A stretch of DNA of 64,000 bases from Vitrella brassicaformis CCMP3155 (taxonomy: Eukaryota > Protista > Chromerida). The notes below the pieces were generated by a model that worked only from the letters and a program-made list of their open reading frames with translations, did not search any database and had not been told where the DNA came from. Each line of letters starts with the position of its first letter. Position 1 is the stretch's first letter. Shown one piece after another: positions 53,082-64,000 of this stretch. A program made the translations under genes and the position numbers. The stretch spans positions 10,155 through 74,154 of the forward strand of contig CDMY01000451.1 in assembly GCA_001179505.1 (NCBI GenBank). Reading direction: 5' to 3'.

Positions 53082-53791
53082 GGAGAGAGAGAGAGAAGGG
53101 CGGGTGGATACTCACAAGTCTACAAGCATCTTGTGCACTGCGTGCCCTCTCTCCGTGTGCGGTGTCTGCAGTTGTTCAGCGACACGGGCGGTGGCAACCA
53201 GGACTTCAACTTGCCCAAGTTTGCCATCGGCGGGCCGCAGGTGGTGGAGGGCTTCTACGTCAATGTCGAGCTCAAGGAACCTGACTGCGACATGGGCATC
53301 TTCCTCTTCCCGCCGCCCGGTAAACAGCAGCAATCCACACACACATATGCCCGCACAGGCACCCACACATTCACTCACTCCCCCTGTGTGTCGACATGTC
53401 AACCAACAGAAATACGTCTGAAGGCCGAGTACAGCTTCTTCCTTGGCCCCGGGCAGCGTGCGTCGCGCTTCACGACGCCCTCGATCAGCAAGGAGTTCGA
53501 CCCGCTGCCAGAGGGCGAAGTGGTCGGCACCGGCAAGGGCAAACTTAGAAACAGGTGTGTGTGAGTGGTGGGATGGGAGAGAAGGAGGGGCAACGATGGG
53601 TGGTGTGGATGTGTGTGGATGTGTGTGTATGTGTTGCACTGACTGTGTCAAAACACAGGGAGCAGTTGCTGAATCTGTGTACGGCTGACGACGCGTTGAT
53701 CATCGGTGTGGAGTTCAAGTCGCTGCGGATCCTCAAGACCATGAACCAACAGAACAAGGAGATCACCATCGGAGAGGAACTCATACAATAG
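51069..53791 (+). CDS. TRAF-like protein: C3HC4 RING, zinc finger, coiled coil and MATH-like domain
   Basis: FQCSVCLDVVEEPVITRCSHLFCKSCLKGDKCPTCR, LSLRCPN...CTWRG..DLHKHM..VCPKRTVICQICG, SHLAIMQERL...IGQLEAKLE, VWTFTIENASK and DDALIIGVEF. Confidence 0.82.
52441..52740. other. Assembly gap (300 N)
   Basis: Run of N inside the TRAF-like gene. Confidence 1.
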
Positions 53792-55357
53792 ACAGACAGA
53801 CAGACAGACAACACGTGACTGACCAGCGTATCTATCGGCCACACCCGATCCGATTCACGTGTGGGCTAAGCTACCTGCCTAGAAAAGACAGACGGATTCC
53901 TCTGTGTGTGTGTGTGCGCGTATATGTATGTCTGTGTTTGCGGTTCGGTCTTTTATCCACGACGTTGGCCCGTTGTTTACGGGGTGAGTGCAGATGTGGA
54001 ACAAACGGTATGGATTGCATGTGTCTGTCTATCCGCGTTGGTGCCATTTTTTTGCGGTACTTTGATTGATACAAAAGAGAGGGAGACGTATAGCAAAGGC
54101 GGCCGGGAGGGAGGGAGGGAGGGAGGGAGACGGTGTGGTTAAAGGACAATGAGTACCCACGTGCACACCCTGGGTGTCTTGCTGTGTCTCTTTGGTGCGC
54201 CTTCTTGCGTTCCGTGTAGGATATGGTCAGACAGCTGACGAAACATCGTCCATCTGTCTGCTCGTATCTGCGGCGCGGCAAGGCCAAGGATGGTACTAAA
54301 GGAACATACGCATCAGCGCACGCATCAATTTCCTTCAAGCGATGGACAGTCAAGGCCTGCATCAAGTCCGCTTGGCACAACACCTGTCTTGCGGACCCAC
54401 AAAGAGACAGGTCCATTCGCCCATGGTGCGGCGGATGCGCGACAATCGACGAGGCATTCAGTGATGGCCAGGCACCCGTAAGACCACCTCATGGGTGATT
54501 AGCTGCACTCCCTGTCGGCCCGCTACCGAGCGGCGTCAAAAGGGAGAGAGACAGAAAGACAGACATCAGGCAGGCAGGCAGAGATCCGTTTTGTGTAGAG
54601 GCCTCCTATATGTGTCGGTGGTGCGTTGTGGTTAGATGCGATCGGCTCAGGCTGTTCATTCGCAATCACATCGCACAAAGCCGTGCACCATCCACAGAGC
54701 CATCCATGCAACACGCCCAACCGACTCGCACACCGTCTCTCCCACTCAGGATCATCTGTCTGTCTGTCTGTCTGTGTTAAGGCTCGCCGAGGGGCTCGGC
54801 AGCCACCGCCCTGACACTTCAATTCCCCCACCGTGTGTGTGCCTTGCCTTGCCTTCTGTCCGCCCATCTCTGGTGCTGTCTGTCCTCTCTCTCCGACACA
54901 CACACACCTCTCCTTACACCTCTCTCTCTGGTCGGCCAATGCACATGAGTGGGGGCAAATGGGAGAGGGGAGCGGAGGGAAGGGGACAGCAGCATGACAG
55001 ACAGGAAGCGCCGAATGAGCCAGACAGACAGACAGACAGACGGGCAGAGAGGTGTAAGGAAACGATTGACAGCTTTACGTGTCATGAGGAGAGGAAGAGG
55101 CATTCCATCCAGCCATCCATCTATCCATGAGCCATCACCATCGCACCACACCACCACACGGCTCGAGGGAGTCCCCGCCCTCCCCCCTCTATCTACCGGC
55201 AACCCACACTGGCAAGATAGAATATGTCGGGCAGATCGTTCCAATATCAACACCACCGCTCGGCCTGACATAAACCGAAAAATATCAGACACATCATTGT
55301 GTACGTCGTGAGCGTATCATCTGCTCGTGTCTGTCGTGTTTCACACACCTCAGCTGT

Positions 55358-57018
55358 CTATTGGCCGAAGATCCTGGCTGAGATGACGGCCCCCAGCACC
55401 ACACGCGCCAGCCGAGTGGTCTCCGGGAAGCGGTCCTTGAAAGCACCACCCACACCAGACACAGCCGACTCGGTCGTGTGGACTGACACATTCACTGGAA
55501 ACGAAGGAGAGAGATGAGAGTGGTCCCGTCTGTGCGCATGGGCTGACCGCTGAGGCCCAGCACATGCTGGACGATGATCCATGCGACGAAGGGGTGGCCG
55601 GCGCCGGTCAGGACGAGACGACGACTAGGGAAGCCGGGAGTGGAGCCGAATGATGCGGTTGTGGTGCATCCCTCCACCGGTGTGTGAGGAGACTGCGTCA
55701 TGAGGGTGTGCAGCCGGTTGTTGTCAGCAAACCTGACACACACAAAAAAAACACTCGTGTGTCGTGACAATGCCCACACAGAGTGGTGCCCCGCCTCACC
55801 TGTCGAAAACGCGGCAAGTGCTGTTGTGCTGGTGAGTCCCCCTGAAGCGGTTGATGATGATCCTCTTGACGCACGACGACACAGACGAGTAGTCCCAACC
55901 GCCAGCAAACAGCGACCGCCAGCTCGCGGACCATAGTAGACGCCGCTGCGGACCGCTGGGTCATGCGGCTGTCGGTGCTGCTGGTAGGGGTGGTTGGGAG
56001 GGAGGGGCGGGTCGAAGTCGATCTCGAAGCCGGCTTGGTCCTTGATGGCCCGCAGTGTGTTGCCGTGCTGGAACAGGTGGAAGGTCCTGTTGATGCCGAA
56101 TTGGATGTGGCGGCCGACCAACTTGAGCTGGGCCAATACACGGGGATCGGCCAAATACGCCTGCACACACAACACATCAACACATCAACACAGGCACCAC
56201 ACCGATTGAGAGCCATTGTCCCTCCCTCGGTTGGCTTACCGTCTTGTTTGGGTATCGGTGCAGATCGGTCGCCGTGAGCCTCACAGGCAGCTGGCAGCAG
56301 CCACACTGCCCCGCCAGCTCAATGACCTCGCTCATCTCACTCCAGCCGCCCGCCTCCGTCACACACAGCGCCGCCAACAGGTCTCCCTCGCCCATCTGCT
56401 GCTGGTCAAATGTCAGCAGCTGCTGTCCTTTGGCCGTCCGCCGCAGCCCCGCCTGTGTGCTGAGTTCATGGCTGAGCCGCTGCCGCAGCTGAGGCGCTCC
56501 GAAGAGCTCTTTGAGCCATCTGCAGGTCTTCCTCAGACGCAGCACGTCTCGCAGCAGAAAATCGCTGCTGCGGTGGGCGCAGACGTACCACACGGGGTGC
56601 TGCTGTTGCTGCTGCTGTTGCTGCTGGGCGGGGGCCGTCAGATCTGCCGACAGTGAGCTGGCACCTCCCTGTTGCTGCTGTGTCGCTGCCGCAGCACCAC
56701 CCGCACCAATCGAGCCACCTGAAGGCACCACACAGCATAGAAGGGTCATGACAATGTGCAGTCCACCAACAGCAGCCGATGGTTGGCGTACCTCCGATAT
56801 GCCCACCATCCGCAGGGCTGACGTCTACGCTTCTTGGCGCCGCCGTCATCAGGCACCTGACCAGCACCTGACCAGCGACCCACATCAATGAGTTTGTGTG
56901 TCTGTGTGGGTGGGTGTGGACTTGTGCGTACCACTCTGTAGCTATGCTGTTTGTTGCTGTCGGTCTCTTCTTGCCGCCCACCTCTGGAGGGAGCCGGGGC
57001 GTCGTGGCTACTGTCCAT
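55358..57018 (-). CDS. Lineage-specific F-box-like protein with a poly-Q tract and an NLS-like motif
   Basis: Spliced exons MDSSHDAPAP... | PDDGGAKKRRRQP | ...QQQQQQQQQHPVWYV...DVLRLRKTCRWL...LPVRLTATDL | AYLADPRVLAQLKLVG... ending ARIFGQ*. Confidence 0.75.
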
Positions 57019-57229
57019 CTGACGAACACGGGTCAACCACCTGCACCAAGGAAGCAGCCACACAGCGAGATGGGATGCAGGCATCAGTGTGCCTGTGCTC
57101 TCAGTCTGCCGACTCACTCACTCCTCTGCAGTGTGTCAGTTTTGGCGTCAGCCTTCGAGTTTTTGAGCCACAAAGAAGCAGCCACAAGAAGCTTGTTGGA
57201 TTGATGTGTGGTTTTGCCAGCCATCCAAC

Positions 57230-57238
57230 AAGCTCGCA
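57230..57238 (+). promoter_or_regulatory. AAGCTCGCA motif in a divergent spacer
   Basis: Exact 9-mer between the ATGs at 57018 and 57548. Confidence 0.55.
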
Positions 57239-57547
57239 AAAGAAGAAGAGACGGGACGATTTTAAGGCAGCGTGGACGTCACCCATATTCTTCGCTGAGG
57301 CCTCTGAAGCACTCGGGGCTGCCGAGCATTTCGTCTTTCTCGGGATCGAGTGAGGATCGAATTCCCATCCTCGCGCCTGTGCTCCTGAGGTACGCCAGGC
57401 AGAGAGAGGGCCAATCTGCCATCGGTGCCGCCCTCATGTGCTGTGTGTGCTTGTGCGTCAGGGAGGGACCCTGAGCATCGCTAAAGTAGCCGGGGCCTCA
57501 GAGAAGGCCTTGGAGTTGTCACACGCAGAATCAGATCTACAGCAGCA

Positions 57548-59686
57548 ATGGAGGACGGTAGACAGGTGAGGCGCATCACAGCACCGCTTGCAATGGCGAA
57601 TGTACATTTCACCCGAGGTGTATGGGTGCAGGTCAAGAGGACTCGTCATGCGCCGGCTTCGTCTGCGTCTGCTGCTGGTGGTGGTTTTGAGAGTGACGAG
57701 GAGCGGCAGCGACGGGAGGAGAGGGAGCGGAACCTTCGGCAACAAATCACTGACACGGTGAGCCAGCCACCGACGCACTGAGGGCATACACACTGATCGA
57801 CATCTCTTGCCGTCCGTGTGCTGTGTGGCTGTCCTTCAGGAGGGCCTTCTGAGCTACATGATGGCCTTCCTGCCCATCAACCTGATGGTGCAGCTGGCCA
57901 AGTCCATCTGGCAGCACGCCGCACCCGACCTCTCGGACGTCCCCATCAGCTCGGCAACCAAGGAGGAGCGGTCCTTTTGGCAGCACGTCCGTCTCGCCTT
58001 CGTCACCCAGCTGGCCGCCCGACTCACCCACCTCACGTCCATCACCCTCCACCATCCCATCGGCTTCTCCTGCTGGTGTTTGGACGTGTTTGTGGCCATG
58101 GTAGAGGGTCACATCGCCGGCCGACGGGCAGCCGACCTCACCGGAGGGACACTGCAGACCGTCGCCATCGAAGAGGGGGCTCGGCTGACCGGCCCGGCTG
58201 GGCAGAGCGTCGCGAGGACTCACCCACCACTCCCAGCCCCTCTCGACCCGCCCCCGACCCTCCACGCACTCACCACCATCGCCGTCCTGCAAAACGATCA
58301 CCGACAGCTGGCTGACCGAGGCTGGCTGATGCCCTCGCTTGCCATCGTGCAGCAGTGCGGGTGTTGGTGGGACGCTGACAGGCTGGGCCAGTTCATCAGC
58401 TCGTCCCGCTCGCTGCGGCGTGTGGTGTATAGACTTAACGGTGAGGACTGGGCGCGTGTGTTTGAGCGCATCCCTGCGGCACCGGCTGGGCAGCAGGGGG
58501 GGCCACTCGCCCAGCTGGAGAGCATCGGCACCATACTTCTCTTCAATAACTCTCCGGCGGGCGTCGAGCGGCTTCAGGTGTGACCACAAAGGGCAGGACA
58601 GCAGCGCCCGTGGATTGGCTCATGATGTCGTTCCTTTATGTATGTTGTTGCCTTCAGCAAGTGCTCGTTGCGCGGGGCTGTCAACAGTCACTCAAGCAGT
58701 TGCACGTGCAATTCTGTTTCGTCTTCTGCATCGACCGCCACAGCTTGCCGATACTGCTTGCGCTGGACCGACTGGTCGGCACGTGCTGTCGACAGGACGC
58801 CCCACTGACATTCAGGACCACCGCCCATTGCGGCTTCGACCTCTCCATCTTCTACAACACCGACTTTCCCTCCCACCCGTCACCCTCATTCAAGACCATG
58901 CTCCAGCAGCTGGCCCAGCAGGCCACGAGTGTGCAGTACACCTTCACCCAGGACGGCCTCACCGACCCGCACACCGACCCCAGCCCGTCGGCCATCGAGA
59001 TGGCATCCAGCCTCGCATTCGACAAGGTCGTGTGGGTGGACGTCGAGAATGCCATTGGCTTCCACCCCCCGGCCGACACCCCACCGCCCCACCCCGCCAT
59101 CATCAGCCACCTCAAGCCATTCCCCAAAGCCTCAGAGCTGAATGTCTGGAGCGACCTGGGCGGTGCTGCTGGCCAGCTGCTCGCCGCCAAGATGCCCAAG
59201 CAGCTGACGAAGGTGTACATCTACAAGGTGTTGGGTGCCGAGGAGGTTCGGCGTGTTGACGGCGCTGGGAAGGGAGAGGGAGGTGAATGCGGTGGGGATG
59301 GGGGACATCGGTGTCGACCAACTAGAGCAACTGCTGGTGGGGGCGGCCAACGAGTTGCCGACGATCAGGGAACTTCGTTTCACCATGACACGTACGCTGA
59401 GAGAAGGGTTCATTAGTGTCCGTCCTCATTTCTGCCGTGTGTGTGTCCTTCTTCAGTGCCCGATGATTTGGAGGATGCCGGCAGCTTCGTCCACACCCAG
59501 CTCTCGTCGGTGACCCCGCACATGAGGGGCCTGCAGTGTGTGGAGCTGGGAGTCGACACGACGACAGCCGAGCAGCATGGTTGCATCGAGGCCTCCCTCG
59601 AGGGCACCAACATCGATGCCTTCAGCGTCACACGCATAGTCATCTCGGCCACACGAGTCACAATAACTGCGGCGCGCACTGCCTGA
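57548..59686 (+). pseudogene. Lineage-specific F-box-like family, copy C (one frameshift)
   Basis: Five exons homologous to copies A and B. A frameshift near 59245 (gag gag g ttc ggc, against gag gag aag gtg ggt in A) moves GVLTALG into another frame. It could be a sequencing error. Confidence 0.7.
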
Positions 59687-60127
59687 GGTGAGGGAACGGC
59701 ACTCATTGATAAGAAGGGCGGCTGATTTTGTGACCGTGTTCATGTCTGACCTCTGTCGGTGTTGGTGGTGGGGTCTGTCAGGCAGGCTTCTCTTCTTGGT
59801 GTGGGTCAGCGTGTATGAGTGCTGTGGACCTCGATCATCCACATGTGGCCCTTCGTAGCTAGCTACCCCGGATTGCCATTATATTCACACGTATGTGTAT
59901 CGGAGTGTGTGTGGTCTATAGGGATGGATGGACGGATGGATGTCTTACGTGAGATGAGAGAGACGGATTGGATTGAGGTAATAGAGACAGACACGTACGT
60001 TTTGTATGTGAGAGGAAATGTTCATTATCGTCACCCACACACACCTGCACAGATCCATCCGTCCATCCATCCCTCCAATGAATGCCACAAGGCCGGCAGT
60101 AAGTCAAATGGCATGTATGTCGCGTCT

Positions 60128-63100
60128 TCACATCTTGGCCTCCTTCACCAAGTCGCGCTCGTCCCAGAAGGCCTCTTCTCTCTTCCACTTGAGCGTCTGC
60201 CGCCTACTCACACACACACACATACACACACAAACACACACACGGAGGGAGGGAGGGAGGGAGGGAGAGAGGGAGGGAGGGAGAGAAGTTTGTGTCGGTC
60301 TGTGTGTGTGTGCGGCAGAGTTAGTACTTGATGGCCTCCTCCCTCCTCTCTTTAGCGGCCAGCTCCTGCTTCAGCAGCGCCTGGGAATACGCACTGCATC
60401 CACACCACACACCACACACCACACACCACAAAACGACACACAGTCAGTCCATTCGTTCGTATAGATCAGCACTGTGGGCGGTGTCCTGACTGACTTGTAG
60501 ATGAGTGCCGTCCGCCTCTTCGACAGGAGTGCCCGCAGGCGGCCCATGACGTGGTCATGGTCGATGTAACAACCTGATCAGGCACACACACACTTCCACA
60601 GGCGAGTGTGTGACGGCGTGTGCGTCGGCCCACCGACCCACCTTGAAGCAGTCTGTTTGTGTCGGTGTAGGCCGTCCGGCCGTGAGCTATCCTGCCCGCA
60701 GCCGCACAGCACGACAGAAGAACATGCCTCGCCCCTTTGTGTGTGGCATGGTGGTTCTGATGGTTGCTGGCGTGCCTGTGGTTGTCAAATATGAGCAGGT
60801 CGCCTTGCTGCAGCCGCACCTTCACCTACACACACACAGAGGGAGAAGGAGATACAATCACCCACATGTGTCTGTGTGTGTGTGTGTGTGCGGAGACCAT
60901 GTATCGGTCGTTGTTGAGCATCGCGCCCATCCTCTGCCACGCGACGTGCTGCTGCTCGTCCGTCGACCCATCAGCCGCCTGAATGCCATGCAGGAATGTG
61001 CGTGTAAGCTGTGTGTTCAGGCGCCCACTCACCCACCTTTGCGGGGCTTGCCGAGCGGTTATTGTAGACGATGCGCCTTACGCGGCCTGCATCCTCTCAC
61101 ACACATAACATAGGTGTATGTGCGTGGGCAGATAAAGTGTGTGTGAGAGGATGCAGGCCTAGGGAGGGGGGGATACCTACCGCGTCGATCCACATCGATT
61201 GGTGGCCTCTCTGCGTACATGTCGACCTCGTTGAACCGCGTGTGTGCGTCGGGGGGGCTCTGGACCAACAGCGGCTCTTCCTTCTTGACCTCTGCACACA
61301 CACCACACACACACACACACACACGAAGAGGCAATGCCCAGATGTGTGTGTGTGGGGGGGGATGTACCGTCTTGTCCGCCGAACTGGTCTGGCCTCTCCT
61401 GCTTGATGCTCTCTTGGAGGGCCTTCAGCCGCTGTGTTGATGCATTCACACACACACGCACACACGCGTGTGCAGGTTTGTATGTGTGTGCGTGCGTGTG
61501 TGTCTCACCTTTTCCATCGGGTCAGTGACGTCCACATAATGAAACGGCCAGGGCCTGCAGCACACACACGCACACAGAGAGAGCCAGAGAGACACACATG
61601 CGGGCTGTGCTGTGCTGTGCTGTGCTCAACTGTGTGAGCGTGTTGAAGTCCTCCGGCCATCTCTCGCGTATGTCGTTGGCCACAGCAAAGCCGTCACTCA
61701 GCAATGTCACCGCCTCATCTTTGCGCACGCACACACAGAGGTAGAGAGAGCGAGAGAGATCGAGAAGGAGCGAGAGCGTCATACCGTTGTGTGCCGGCTG
61801 GATGCAGTGGAGCAGCTGCACGCCTGGGATCGGCTCTGCACGACACACACACACACACACACATCCATCCATCAATCCATCCATCCATTTTGATAAGGAC
61901 GCATGCGCACCTCTGTAAGGATTGTCTGTGTGGCAGCTGAGCGCCCTGTCTGTGTAGGCAAGATTGTTGGCCGCTGTGTCCCCGACTGCATACACAAAGA
62001 CACACACAGAGACAGGCATGCAGAGAAGACAAGACACACTCGTGTCATGTGCACTCACCCACCTGTGCAGACGTCAAAGGCCCGGCCGTACTTGGTCTCC
62101 CGCACATAGCCGAACCACTCGGCCGCTCGCAGCACCTGCACACACACACACACATCGGTGTGTACTGATCTGTATGCGATGCGATGATGTGTGTGCGGAC
62201 CGTGTTTGTGTCGTGTGTGAGTCCCCTGATCATGACGACCCCGTCGCGCCAGAGAGAGAGCAGCACCCACAGCTGACTGTCATAGCTGCCGTTCATTGCA
62301 TTGCCACACACATAGGGGCGGACGGATGGATGGATGAATGGATGGATGGGCAGCTCTGTGCTGTGTGGACGTGTCTACCGCTGTGTGCCGCCGCCGATTT
62401 GATCCCAATCGTACACACAGATGCCGCCCGAATGCTCAGACACCGATGGCACAATCGCACTGCACACACACACACACACACACATATCCGTCCATCCACC
62501 CCTCTGTGTGCGCGTGGTGTGTGTGTGTGTGCGTTCGTACGGTGGCGGCTTCTTGCCGTCGCCCTCTTGATCAGCCTCATCGTGAATGTTGGCGTATCCC
62601 CCTTCCGCGAGCTGCTGCATGGCCGCAGCGAAGGCCTCGTTGCGCACCCGCAGGTCGCCTGACCGCCATGGCGCCCGCACCTACACACATTCGCACACCT
62701 AGATGGATGGATGGATGGATGTGTGTGTGTGTGCGCTTAATACAGAGTCGAGGACGTCCGTGAGCGACTTTTCGTTGCGTGTGAGCATCTCGTCCAGCGA
62801 TTGTGTTGCCGCTGCTGACCGAGGGGGGGAACTGCACACACACACACATGCAGACACACAGACACAGACACAGACACGTGCAGACAGGCACACGAGTCTC
62901 CTGCCTACTTAGGAATGACGTGCTGGTAGAGCCACGATGCAGGGAACGTGGAAAGGCCTGGACACAAACACAATGGCGTATACGCAATTGTGTGGGTGCA
63001 CCGTCCCCCCCACCCTCCCACCGACCCACGCCACTTACCCCTCTCTCCCCAGTGCAGCTGGATGTAGTCCTCCGAGAAGGTCAGCCTGGCCCCGCTCCCC

Positions 63101-63575
63101 AGCACTGAGGATGATGGCAGCTGACATACAGACACACAGACAGAGAGAGAGATGGACGAGCCACGCCAACATCGATCTACTACCCACTACCTGCCATGAT
63201 TCGTGCAGCCGCTGCAGGTTCTCCGTGCGGTTCTGCGGTGCGTTGTCGTACAGCCTGATGGACAGACAGGTACAAAGGTGGACCGATAGACACGGACAAC
63301 ACACACGGACAACACATGCATAGATCTTTGCCTGCTACTCACCATGTGTAGTGAAAGAACGCCTTCTCGCCACTGACCCACTCGACGCTCACACCTACAC
63401 ACACAAGAAAGTGAGAGAGAAAACAAAGCAAAGCGCGTGTGGTGTCTGTCTGTCTGTGAAGACTGCGTAGCGTACCGTCCTGCAGTTTGGTGCATGCCTT
63501 CATGTAGGGCCCGGGCACCAGCCGCCGAATGCCCGACGGTGAGGACGACTGCCGACAGATGCGAGTCAGCCACAT
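60128..63575 (-). CDS. Fe(II)/2-oxoglutarate dioxygenase of the gamma-butyrobetaine dioxygenase (BBOX1)/trimethyllysine dioxygenase (TMLHE) TauD family
   Basis: LWRDGVVMIRG, GYVRETKYGRAFDV, NLAYTDRALSCHTDNPY (HxD), PGVQLLHC, LSDGFAVA, RIVYNNRSA, LQQGDLLIFDN.RIAHGR (distal His) and LLQGCYID. The N-terminus looks like a mitochondrial presequence (MWLTRICRQSSSPSGIRR). Confidence 0.88.
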
Positions 63576-64000
63576 GATGGATTGAAATCAGATCTGCTCC
63601 ACTGCTGCGAGACGCAAGATCTGCGCGTTGGGTTACAGGGTAGGGTTTCGTACCCTGACACTGAACACCTTCCCGAGAAACAGACTCCTTCTCATAAAGA
63701 CTCGAGAATGGCCAGGAAGTGATTGAATGAATGAATGAATGAATGAAGGGGGGGAAACTGTCATTAACCGTAACACTCGTCTGTGTGTCCGTGATACTCA
63801 TACAAATACAGTCCCATCAGCACGCAGACTCAAACAGGCTGAAGGGGAGGAGGGATCAATCCCCGCCCCATCAGCACACCCCAGTCCCGCAAACCCTCCC
63901 CTCCCTCCCCCACGCAGACAGAAGCTAGTCGCACGCGCGAGGGCGATAGACAAGCGAGAGCGAATCCATCCAGACACATTGTAAGAATAGGTGGGAGAGA

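Noticed and set aside
54223-54498. 91-aa ORF with KACIKSAWHNT, faintly like the end of a pogo DDE domain
   Set aside because: Too short, no catalytic residues and no convincing splice context.

Overview
Intron-rich, GC-rich eukaryotic genomic DNA, not a prokaryote. A tripartite plastid/thylakoid targeting leader, alveolate-type housekeeping genes, microsatellite-laden short introns and expanded lineage-specific F-box-like families point to a chromerid alga, most likely Vitrella brassicaformis (inferred, not verified). About 22 gene or pseudogene loci were assembled by hand from splice sites. They include a UPF1-type SF1 helicase, exosome CSL4, Derlin, a sulfotransferase, PRP4 kinase, an SLC35A-type nucleotide-sugar transporter, NTF2, Rab11, a TRAF-like RING/MATH protein, a BBOX/TMLD-type dioxygenase, a thylakoid-lumen protein, six F-box-like lineage-specific genes, and MORN and ankyrin relics. 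There are four 300-N assembly gaps. Main leads: (1) an apparent single gene joining a CENP-B/pogo-type DNA-binding domain and a duplicated helical module to a UPF1 helicase core that lacks the CH domain; (2) a 9-bp motif, AAGCTCGCA, found in most head-to-head gene spacers; (3) introns with (CA)n near the donor and complementary (TG)n near the acceptor on the sense strand of genes on both strands; (4) active birth-and-death turnover of the F-box-like family, with a chimeric copy, lesions in all three close paralogs and conserved UTR introns. All gene models are manual; no database search was run. No CRISPR array, rRNA, tRNA or intact transposon was found.
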